Positions 7,556-14,712 of a stretch of 32,000 nt of DNA are shown here, one piece after another; position 1 is the first letter of the stretch; every line of letters starts with the position of its first letter. Under the pieces are notes generated by a model, which was not told where the DNA came from, did not search any database, and was given only the letters and a program-made list of their open reading frames with translations. Source of the DNA: Candidatus Saccharimonadota bacterium (GTDB lineage: Bacteria > Patescibacteriota > Gracilibacteria > UBA4473); assembly GCA_965228485.1 (NCBI GenBank), contig OZ245819.1, forward strand, positions 930,001-962,000, written 5' to 3'. The position numbers were made by a program, and so were the translations under genes.

Positions 7556-7796
7556 TTGGAAGGTTAAAAGTCAATATCATACTATTTTTATTAAAGACAA
7601 TGTCTACCAACCTTCTTCATTTTGATTTATTGGTTATTTCTCAATCAGGTTTCCTTAACAGAAGTCTTTTCATTCTCTTTAATAAGCCTCAGCTCTTCTT
7701 TCCAACTCGTATGATGAGGAAGCTTTAAGAAATGGTGATACCGTTTATAGTCGAAGTTTAGTAGGGTTCGCAGAACCTGAATTTCGTGGGAGCCAT

Positions 7797-7835
7797 AAAA
7801 AGACGGATAGACATTTTGTGTTTAGCCGTCTTTTT
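7797..7835 (-). terminator. terminator hairpin downstream of the methyltransferase gene
   Basis: AAAAAGACGG (7797-7806) pairs with CCGTCTTTTT (7826-7835) around a 19-nt loop. On the minus strand it starts 8 nt after the stop at 7843 and is followed by a T run. Confidence 0.5.
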
Positions 7836-7842
7836 AATTTTC

Positions 7843-9003
7843 TTATCGTTTCACCAAACAAACTTCTCGAGCGACAAAGGTGTCTTCTCGTTCGTAGAAG
7901 AAGGTTGTTTCATCGTTGAATATTTTTTCAGGTTTGAAGCCGTATGATTTGATAGTATCAAAAAGATCTTGGCTAATGGATGTTTTTTGCCCGCGGTGAT
8001 TCCAGGCAGGGAGGCAAAAAGAGCAAGTTTGGATATTTGTGTTATCGATGTTTTTGAAAAACTTTTTCCAGAGGGCTAAAACCTCTCGAGCATTCTTTTG
8101 AATATCGGCTTTTTCTGGTTGGCGTTCAAAGTTTTTTCCTAGGTAGCCTTCCGTAACAATTACGGGATCAGTTTTTAGCATTTCTGGATGATCAAATTGA
8201 GTGGCGTCTTTTGGGAAAAATTCACCGTTTTTTTCTTCGTATCGGAACTTTTCGGCCATTTGAGAAAAGTTTTTTTGAGAACTTTTTACAAACATTTCAT
8301 TCCAGTCAGAACCAATGGTTTTGTGTCCGAGAATAGCGGCCTCAATATTAATCGTTCCACTTCCGCAAAAGGGATCAATAATCGTTTGATCGATATTAGG
8401 GTTGGCGAGATTGATAAGGATTTGAGCCAGTTTTGGAGGCAGCATTCCCATTTTTGGGTCTCGAAAGACTTTGTTTCGATCTCGAAGCGTATAGTTTCTG
8501 AGATTTTGGTTGGCTATAGTTTCAGCAAGGAGAAAAGAGTTTTCATTTTTCCATATGAGAAATTCATGACCTTTTTGAAGTATTCGTCGGTCAAAAATTT
8601 GTCCTGAATTTAGGTTTTTTCCCTGATAGTTTTCGATTCTTATTTTTTCAAAATGGTCTTTAGTTTTTCCGATAAGTTCTGATTGAAAATCTTTTCCTGC
8701 GCCGAAACTTGAAAACCCAACTTTGAATTTTTGTTCTTCTTCAATTCGATCCCAAACCATATTCATGAGCTGAGATTTTGAGGCAAATTCGCCTAGTATT
8801 TTCCCAAACCGGATTGTCCCCCCAAGTCGATCAAGGAATAATTGGTGTTCCTCTCTTGGTATATTTCGGGGATTTTCAAAACGAAGATTTTCACCAATAA
8901 AGAGTGATTTTCTGGGGTCAACAAACACTTCTTCACAAAAATTACGTAGCTCTGCTCGAGAGAGTTCAAAATTACGACCGAGGACGAATAGATATTGGTT
9001 CAC
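7843..9003 (-). CDS. Trm11/UPF0020-like SAM-dependent RNA (probably tRNA guanine-N2) methyltransferase
   Basis: MLPPKLAQILINLA..IIDPFCGSGTINIEAAILG..DAT..VIVTEGYLG parallels the Trm11/RlmL-type layout (substrate loop, motif I DPFCGSGT). The expected (D/N)PPY motif IV is replaced by TEGY. Confidence 0.75.
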   Translation of the reverse strand: MNQYLFVLGRNFELSRAELRNFCEEVFVDPRKSLFIGENLRFENPRNIPREEHQLFLDRLGGTIRFGKILGEFASKSQLMNMVWDRIEEEQKFKVGFSSFGAGKDFQSELIGKTKDHFEKIRIENYQGKNLNSGQIFDRRILQKGHEFLIWKNENSFLLAETIANQNLRNYTLRDRNKVFRDPKMGMLPPKLAQILINLANPNIDQTIIDPFCGSGTINIEAAILGHKTIGSDWNEMFVKSSQKNFSQMAEKFRYEEKNGEFFPKDATQFDHPEMLKTDPVIVTEGYLGKNFERQPEKADIQKNAREVLALWKKFFKNIDNTNIQTCSFCLPAWNHRGQKTSISQDLFDTIKSYGFKPEKIFNDETTFFYEREDTFVAREVCLVKR

Positions 9004-9020
9004 ACCAGTAATGTATTGAA

Positions 9021-9051
9021 AAAATGATATTTACAAAGTGAATATCATTTT
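9021..9051 (-). terminator. AT-rich hairpin downstream of tRNA-Thr (possible terminator)
   Basis: AAAATGATATT (9021-9031), a 9-nt loop, AATATCATTTT (9041-9051). On the minus strand it starts 3 nt after the tRNA CCA and is followed by TTTTTTC. The stem is almost entirely A/T, so it is weak. Confidence 0.35.
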
Positions 9052-9054
9052 TGA

Positions 9055-9130
9055 TGGAGCCGCTACCGGGATTTGAACCCGGTACCTTGCCCTTACCATG
9101 GGCACGCTCTACCAAATGAGCTATAGCGGC
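9055..9130 (-). tRNA. tRNA-Thr (anticodon GGT), CCA encoded
   Basis: The reverse complement reads GCCGCTA-TA-GCTC-ATTTGGTA-GAGC-G-TGCCC-ATGGTAA-GGGCA-AGGTA-CCGGG-TTCAAAT-CCCGG-TAGCGGC-T-CCA, with GGT in the anticodon loop. Confidence 0.95.
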
Positions 9131-9193
9131 GTCTGGAGAGTTTTTACTGAAAAGAGCGTGAAAACGCAAAAAAAAGTATTAGTATTAGTGTAA

Positions 9194-9625
9194 ATGGAAA
9201 AATATTTAATTTACGGAGTAGGGATTTTGGCGGTAATGAGTTATGCGTTTTTAGCGCCTATTATCAAACAGCCGAGTTTGGTGGTTTCGCCTTTTTTGAT
9301 TATGGCGTTTAACTCGATTATCATTTTAGCGTGTTCTCTCCCGCTCTATTATTTTTCTGCAGAAAAGACGGTTTTGTCTGATCTTGAACCAAAAATCTGG
9401 GGGCTTATTTTGGCAAATGGCCTCATTAATGTCTTAGCTTTTTGGCTTTTATTGAAAGCCTTAGGAGGGATGCCCGTTTGGCACTATCAAATGTTGGTTG
9501 TGGCGAGTCCTATTTTTAGTGCTATTGCGGCTTATTTTTTACTCAGGGAGGATATTTCAGTTCGTCTTTTTGTAGGATTGGCAATTGTTTCGGTTGGAAT
9601 TTTTATAGCCGTAAAACCATCATGA
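9194..9625 (+). CDS. small EamA/DMT-superfamily membrane transporter-like protein
   Basis: 143 aa and almost entirely hydrophobic, with about 4-5 predicted TM helices. It is the first gene of a plus-strand operon and overlaps rfbB via ATGA. Confidence 0.6.
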   Translation: MEKYLIYGVGILAVMSYAFLAPIIKQPSLVVSPFLIMAFNSIIILACSLPLYYFSAEKTVLSDLEPKIWGLILANGLINVLAFWLLLKALGGMPVWHYQMLVVASPIFSAIAAYFLLREDISVRLFVGLAIVSVGIFIAVKPS

Positions 9626-10620
9626 AAACAATTTTGATTACTGGTGGAGCGGGATTTATTGGAAGTAATTTTGTGCGGCATATTTTGGCTGAACGGGATT
9701 ATAAAATTATAAATCTTGATAAATTGACCTATGCTGGGAATTTAGAAAATTTAAGAGATGTCGAAGATCATCCGAATTATAAATTTATAAAGGGAGATAT
9801 TGCCGATAAAGGATTTATGAAGTCTGTTTTTGAGGTTGAAAAACCAGAGGCGGTGATTAATTTTGCGGCTGAAACGCATGTAGATCGTTCTATTGAAGAT
9901 TCAGCACCGTTTATGGATACCAACATTATGGGAACTCATAATTTGTTGGAACTATCTCGTGAATTTAGTGTTGAGAAATATCATCAGGTTTCAACTGATG
10001 AAGTTTATGGAGATTTAGGCAATACGGGACATTTACCTTTTGAGGAACGTCCATTTTTTCAAGAAGTTACCCCTATTAATCCAAACTGTCCTTATGCTGC
10101 GGCAAAGGCTTCTGCCGATTTGTTGGTGGCTTCATGGTTTGAAACTTACGGAATGTATACCGTTACAACTCGTTGTAGTAACAATTATGGACCTTATCAG
10201 TTTCCAGAAAAATTAATTCCATTTTTCTTATTTAAGGCGATGAATAATGAGGATTTGCCTTTGTATGGAGATGGACAGAATATTCGGGATTGGCTTTATG
10301 TTTTAGATCATTGTGAAGCTATCTTGCTGGCCTTTGAGAAGAGTCCTGCAGGTGAAATTTGGAATATTGGAGGTCATAATGAAAAGACCAATTTAGAGAT
10401 TGTAGATCTAATACTCAAAAATGTGCCCACCTCCAAATCAGAGATTACTTTTGTTGAAGATCGAAAAGCCCACGATAGAAGGTACGCGATGGATGCTAGT
10501 AAAATAGAACGAGAACTTGGCTGGATGCCTAAACACACGTTTGAGGAAGCTTTACCGAAAACCATTGAATGGTATTTTTCTCATCGAGATTGGGTGGAAA
10601 GTTGTCGTCAAAAAGTTTAA
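9622..10620 (+). CDS. rfbB: dTDP-glucose 4,6-dehydratase
   Basis: ILITGGAGFIGSNF Rossmann motif, catalytic PYAAAKASADLL (YxxxK), and the highly conserved RCSNNYGPYQFPEKLIP block. Confidence 0.9.
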   Translation: MKTILITGGAGFIGSNFVRHILAERDYKIINLDKLTYAGNLENLRDVEDHPNYKFIKGDIADKGFMKSVFEVEKPEAVINFAAETHVDRSIEDSAPFMDTNIMGTHNLLELSREFSVEKYHQVSTDEVYGDLGNTGHLPFEERPFFQEVTPINPNCPYAAAKASADLLVASWFETYGMYTVTTRCSNNYGPYQFPEKLIPFFLFKAMNNEDLPLYGDGQNIRDWLYVLDHCEAILLAFEKSPAGEIWNIGGHNEKTNLEIVDLILKNVPTSKSEITFVEDRKAHDRRYAMDASKIERELGWMPKHTFEEALPKTIEWYFSHRDWVESCRQKV

Positions 10621-10636
10621 TTAAAATTTATTGAAA

Positions 10637-10945
10637 ATGACCCAAATTCAAGACCTTCAAAATTTCGTAAAAGACTTTCAACGTGCTCGAGGCTGGGAGG
10701 TTTTTACACCAGAAAACACCGCTCGAGCCTTGCTCGTCGAAGCGGCGGAATTGCAGGAACTATTTCTCTGGAAAGATGGTGAAGGGTCTTTTGATTTTGT
10801 GAAAAAAAATCACGAAGAAGTTGCTGATGAAGTCGCGGATATTTTTGCGTATTTGCTGACTTTTTGTGATGTTACCGAGATTGACCTCGAGAAAGCATTG
10901 TGTCATAAAATGGCAAAAAATGAACTAAGATTTTCCAAAAAATAA
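10637..10945 (+). CDS. MazG-like nucleotide pyrophosphohydrolase (small all-alpha NTP-PPase)
   Basis: EAAELQELFLWK .. EVADEVADIFAYLL is the EExxE/ExxD metal-binding helix pair of MazG-type enzymes. ATG at 10637; the track also allows a TTG at 10631. Confidence 0.7.
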   Translation: MTQIQDLQNFVKDFQRARGWEVFTPENTARALLVEAAELQELFLWKDGEGSFDFVKKNHEEVADEVADIFAYLLTFCDVTEIDLEKALCHKMAKNELRFSKK

Positions 10946-12297
10946 TGGCCAAAGCAAAGACCCAATATGTTTGTACCGAGTGTGGAGATAGTTTTCCAAC
11001 TTGGCTTGGGAAGTGTCCTACGTGTGGGGCTTTTAATACTTTGAAAGAATTTAGAGAATCTAAGATTTCTACAACTACAGGTCAAAAGTTAGATGAAGGT
11101 ATAGATCTTACTATTTCTGAAAATGCTCAGTCGGAAGTCGTTATTGACGCTCGTATTCAGACTGGGATTGAAGAAATTGACAGAGTTCTTGGTGGGGGTT
11201 TTTTTGCGGGATCAGTAACGCTTTTTGGGGGGCATCCAGGGATTGGAAAATCGACTTTATCTTTGCAAGTTTTTACTCAAATTAAAGGCGCTTTTTATTT
11301 TTCAGGAGAAGAGAGTCGAGCTCAGGTTTTATCTCGGTCAGAACGTCTTGGAGGAAAAGATTCTACACTTAATTTTCGAATTTTTTCTACCAACTCTTTG
11401 GAAGATATCATTACTACAATTCAGGCGCAAAAACCTAAATTTGTGGTGATTGATTCGATTCAGATGGTGGGAACCAGTGATAGTACCTTTGGTTCTACGA
11501 GTCAGATTCGAGAGAATGCAGAAATCCTTATAAAACTAGCAAAATCCGTTGGTACAACGATTTTGATCATTGGTCATGTTACAAAAAATGATGAGTTAGC
11601 TGGACCAAAAGTTTTGGAGCATCTAGTCGATGTTGTGCTCTACCTAGAGGGAGAAAGAAATTCTGAATTGAGGCTACTTAGGGCCCCGAAAAATCGTTTT
11701 GGTTCTACGCTGGAGGTTGGTGTTTTTGAAATGCAAACATCAGGCTTGATCCCCTTGCAAAATCCATCAGAATTTTTTCTTTCAGAAAGAGTTCAGGATA
11801 GTTTTGGATCGGTGATTACGGTTGTGCGTGATGGGGTTCGAAATTTTGTGTTAGAACTCCAAGTTTTGACCCTGAAAACTAACTTTGGACAACCAAGGCG
11901 TACGAGTCATGGGTTGGAGCTATCAAAATTTCACCTACTTTTGGCAGTAGTTTCAAAGTTTACACCTTTTAGTGTCGATAATTTTGATGCTTACTTTAAT
12001 GTCGTGGGAGGTATTAAGGTTGTGGATAGGGCTTCAGACTTGGCAGTTATTGCGGCAGTACTTTCTTCTCGATTGGAAAAAGAAATCCCGGCTGATACTG
12101 TGATTTTAGGTGAGGTAGGATTATCTGGGGAAATTCGTCGAGTAGTACAGATAGAATCACGACTAAAAGATTTATCGAAATTAGGGTTTAAAAGAGTTAT
12201 TTGTCCATCTTTACCTAATGGTATAGATATTCCTGAAGGGATTGAAATTAGTTCCATTAAACAAGTTTCGCAGTTAATAAAACTTTGTTTTGAGTAA
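10945..12297 (+). CDS. radA: DNA repair protein RadA/Sms
   Basis: N-terminal zinc finger CTECGDSF..CPTCGAFNT, Walker A GGHPGIGKST, the KNRFG motif (APKNRFGS), and a Lon-protease-like C-terminal domain. Confidence 0.95.
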   Translation: MAKAKTQYVCTECGDSFPTWLGKCPTCGAFNTLKEFRESKISTTTGQKLDEGIDLTISENAQSEVVIDARIQTGIEEIDRVLGGGFFAGSVTLFGGHPGIGKSTLSLQVFTQIKGAFYFSGEESRAQVLSRSERLGGKDSTLNFRIFSTNSLEDIITTIQAQKPKFVVIDSIQMVGTSDSTFGSTSQIRENAEILIKLAKSVGTTILIIGHVTKNDELAGPKVLEHLVDVVLYLEGERNSELRLLRAPKNRFGSTLEVGVFEMQTSGLIPLQNPSEFFLSERVQDSFGSVITVVRDGVRNFVLELQVLTLKTNFGQPRRTSHGLELSKFHLLLAVVSKFTPFSVDNFDAYFNVVGGIKVVDRASDLAVIAAVLSSRLEKEIPADTVILGEVGLSGEIRRVVQIESRLKDLSKLGFKRVICPSLPNGIDIPEGIEISSIKQVSQLIKLCFE

Positions 12298-13049
12298 TGC
12301 CAAAAAGACTAGAAAAATTCGATACGCACGGTGAGCTAATGGCTCATCGAAAGATGTTTGGTAAATATCAGGAATATGCTCCAGAATTTGTATACGGGGG
12401 AATTGATGGGGCGGTAACAACTTTTGCAGTAGTGGCTGCTTCCGCAGGGGCAGAACTTGGAGCTGGAGTGATCTTAATTCTTGGGATTTCAAATATGCTG
12501 GCAGATGGAATTTCGATGTCGGTAGGGAGTTTTTTGTCGACCAAAACAGAAGTAGGAAGATATAGGACCTTAAAATTGGAAGAATATGCTGAAATTGAAA
12601 AATTTCCGGAAGATGAAGTTCGAGAGATTCGTGAGATTTATGAAGCGAAGGGATTTAAAGGTAGAGATCTTGAAATGATTGTGACTCACATTACTAGTGA
12701 CAAAGATTTATGGGTTAAAGAAATGATGATTGGGGAACATGGATTGAATGAGGAAGAAAGCAAGTCACCAAAGATGAATGCTCTAATGACTTTTGTTTCA
12801 TTTTGTATTTTAGGCTCGGTGCCAATCGCGCCTTATGTTTATAGTTTTGTCACTGGAAATGAATTATCAGATAAGTTTCTTTTAGCTTGTATATTTACAG
12901 GAGTGGCTTTTGCTCTAATCGGATATTTAAAAGGGGTAGTCAATAATACTAGTCGTCTTAAAGCTGTTGTGGAAACGCTTTTTTTAGGAGGGGTGGCTGC
13001 TTTTGTGGCTTATGGAGCTGGTGATTGGTTGGAAAAAATTATAGCTTAA
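12297..13049 (+). CDS. VIT1/CCC1-family iron/manganese transporter
   Basis: YGGIDGAVTTFAVVAASAGA..LILGISNMLADGISMSVGSFLSTKTE is the family signature, followed by a cytosolic acidic helical insert and C-terminal TM helices. The start overlaps the radA stop (TAATG). Confidence 0.8.
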   Translation: MPKRLEKFDTHGELMAHRKMFGKYQEYAPEFVYGGIDGAVTTFAVVAASAGAELGAGVILILGISNMLADGISMSVGSFLSTKTEVGRYRTLKLEEYAEIEKFPEDEVREIREIYEAKGFKGRDLEMIVTHITSDKDLWVKEMMIGEHGLNEEESKSPKMNALMTFVSFCILGSVPIAPYVYSFVTGNELSDKFLLACIFTGVAFALIGYLKGVVNNTSRLKAVVETLFLGGVAAFVAYGAGDWLEKIIA

Positions 13050-13149
13050 AGAATGACAGTGAAATCTTCGGTAAAGAGCGCGACCGCATAAATGACATCC
13101 TTGGGTTTGATTTGCCAAGACTATGGAAGTCCTGATAGTATAAGTTTGA

Positions 13150-13422
13150 ATGAATTTCCTATCAGCCTACGATTTTGACAAGGCACTCCGCAAAAGTGAA
13201 AAGGAAAACTGCACTTTAACCGGAGCGTATGACTTCGAGAGTGCAGTATTCGATTATATTTTTGTTGAAATAAACTTCTCTAACGTCCTCGTGAAAAACG
13301 GCTCCTTTTCGGGAAGTGAGTTTCGAAATTGTCGATTCCACGACGTAAAACTCGAAAGAGTTGATCTAAGTATGGCGCAGTTATTTGACTGCGAAGTAAA
13401 AAGTCTAGAAATATCAATCTGA
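13150..13422 (+). CDS. short pentapeptide-repeat-like protein (possibly truncated)
   Basis: NFSNVLVKNGSFSGSEFRNCRFHDVKLERVDLSMAQLFDCEV shows five-residue periodicity of hydrophobic/F/L positions. It ends in TGATAA, and protein-like open frames follow it. Confidence 0.45.
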   Translation: MNFLSAYDFDKALRKSEKENCTLTGAYDFESAVFDYIFVEINFSNVLVKNGSFSGSEFRNCRFHDVKLERVDLSMAQLFDCEVKSLEISI

Positions 13423-13671
13423 TAATCTGCATTCAAGATTTTCCCATCCATTCTTCTGTTTAGAAACTTCAATCGGATGATTTAGGATCAAGAGTTGGCT
13501 TTAAAATATCTAGACGGCCCAGTATTTGTGAGTAATCGGAGGAAATATCTATAGGTTCTAAAGAGGCCTTTTTAAGACTTTGTCTATCTACAAAAAAATT
13601 TTGTTTTAATGCCTGTTATCTCTATGCCTTGGAAGGAGCTATCCAAAATTGTGATTGGAGAGCTATTTCAG

Positions 13672-13703
13672 AAACAAAAAAGCGTGAATTCAAAGAATTC
13701 ACG
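13672..13703 (-). terminator. intrinsic terminator of the 13733..14110 gene
   Basis: Minus strand: CGTGAATTC-TTT-GAATTCACG (13703-13683), a perfect 9-bp stem, then C-TTTTTT-G-TTT. It lies 30 nt after the stop. Confidence 0.7.
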
Positions 13704-13732
13704 GCTCAATTGCGTAAAGATTTAAGATAGTT

Positions 13733-14110
13733 TTAGATGTGATCTTTTCCTCCAATAAGGAATTCTTTGTAATCTTCTAGATTTTCCCATTTTCCTTTGG
13801 CAGCAAGCTTTGCTTGTTTTGGCCAAGTGCTTGGATCGTGCATTTGGAATTTTGGTCCAGCGTTTTCAAGAATTTTTTTAATATCCTTCGGTTTCATTGT
13901 TCCGAGTGTCTCGTATGATTTAATTCCATTCTTGTTTAGTAGTTGTTCAATTTTTGGCCCAATACCTTCGATTACTCTTAGGTCATCTATTTGCCCAGGG
14001 ATTGATTTAATTTCATTTTTTCGCGGAAAATAAAAATAAATACAGAGTACAAGGAGAATTAGAAAAACACATAGTGCCAAGTAGAAGTCGTAAACAGGAT
14101 TACTAAACAT
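13733..14110 (-). CDS. membrane-anchored helix-hairpin-helix domain protein
   Basis: N-terminal TM helix (LALCVFLILLVLCIYFYF), then DDLRVIEGIGPKIEQLLNKNGIKSYETL (HhH motif), and a C-terminal WPKQAKLAAKGKWENL segment. Confidence 0.65.
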   Translation of the reverse strand: MFSNPVYDFYLALCVFLILLVLCIYFYFPRKNEIKSIPGQIDDLRVIEGIGPKIEQLLNKNGIKSYETLGTMKPKDIKKILENAGPKFQMHDPSTWPKQAKLAAKGKWENLEDYKEFLIGGKDHI

Positions 14111-14115
14111 GGTAG

Positions 14116-14586
14116 TTATTGATTAGCTTTTGAGTTAAAGGCGTCGATGTTTTGATCGATAAAACGCTGTTCCCCTTCGAAGTCTACATTTTCTCCCGTT
14201 AGGTCTTCGGTATTTTTTCCTTCAATACTATCGGTAATTCCTTTTCCTGGAAGTGACCTTTTTTTATCTTTAGAAATCATATTGCTGAACCAAAGCCGAA
14301 TGCTTTTCTTTCCTTCTTCAGTGCTCTCTTTTTCAATGTCTTCTACTGAAGTTTCTTCTTTTTCACTTTTTATCTCTTCCATGTCGATGGCAGGTTCTTT
14401 TACCAGGTCTTTGATTATTCGTTTATCTTCTATTCCCTCAGGTTGCCCTTCCTTTGTTATGGTTACTATTTCTTTTGGCTCTTCTTTTTCACAAGTGTCT
14501 TTGAACTTACATTGATACTGATGAACGGCAACAGCGCCAGCGATAACTGTGGTGGGAACGAGGAGTGCTTTGAGTATTTGACCCAT
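14116..14586 (-). CDS. hypothetical membrane-anchored, highly acidic protein
   Basis: N-terminal hydrophobic helix (ALLVPTTVIAGAVAV) followed by an E/K/D-rich low-complexity region. It is co-oriented with the downstream HhH gene, 5 nt away. Confidence 0.55.
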   Translation of the reverse strand: MGQILKALLVPTTVIAGAVAVHQYQCKFKDTCEKEEPKEIVTITKEGQPEGIEDKRIIKDLVKEPAIDMEEIKSEKEETSVEDIEKESTEEGKKSIRLWFSNMISKDKKRSLPGKGITDSIEGKNTEDLTGENVDFEGEQRFIDQNIDAFNSKANQ

Positions 14587-14662
14587 TTCTAAAAAAATTA
14601 TTCTTTGTAATTTTAATTAACACAAAAAAAATAATATGCAAACTTTTATTTATAAATTACAT

Positions 14663-14695
14663 AAAAAAACACCTCGTAAAGAGAGGTGTTTTTCA
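14663..14695 (-). terminator. intrinsic terminator of valS (bidirectional geometry)
   Basis: CACCTC (14670-14675), loop GTAAAGA, GAGGTG (14683-14688), flanked by A7 on the left and T5 on the right. It lies 18 nt downstream of the valS stop. Confidence 0.75.
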
Positions 14696-14712
14696 GAAAT
14701 ATTTTTTCTATT

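Larger units (their letters stand above)
672..7605. mobile_element. putative integrated element (serine-recombinase island) downstream of tRNA-Asn; boundaries tentative
   Basis: A recombinase gene abuts a tRNA, the cargo consists of nuclease/ATPase genes, and there is a phage-like HTH gene. The collinear motif TATTTTTA..CAATGTCT occurs at both proposed ends (671-687 and 7583-7605). Housekeeping genes resume after 7843. Confidence 0.45.

Noticed and set aside
7764-7795. tRNA-Asn 3'-end-like fragment (GGTTCG ... GGGAGCCA) that could be a duplicated att site of a tyrosine-integrase-type insertion
   Set aside because: Only a 6-mer and an 8-mer match. The spacing differs (17 nt versus 11 nt in the tRNA), the intervening bases do not align, and no cloverleaf can be drawn. 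The resident recombinase is a serine recombinase, which does not need long tRNA-derived repeats. It is possibly a relic of an older event, but that cannot be supported from this window.
7843-9003. Methyltransferase as the modification subunit of a restriction-modification-like system with the island nucleases
   Set aside because: Its motif layout is that of Trm11/RlmL-type RNA methyltransferases, not DNA MTases. It lies outside the proposed island boundary and has its own terminator.
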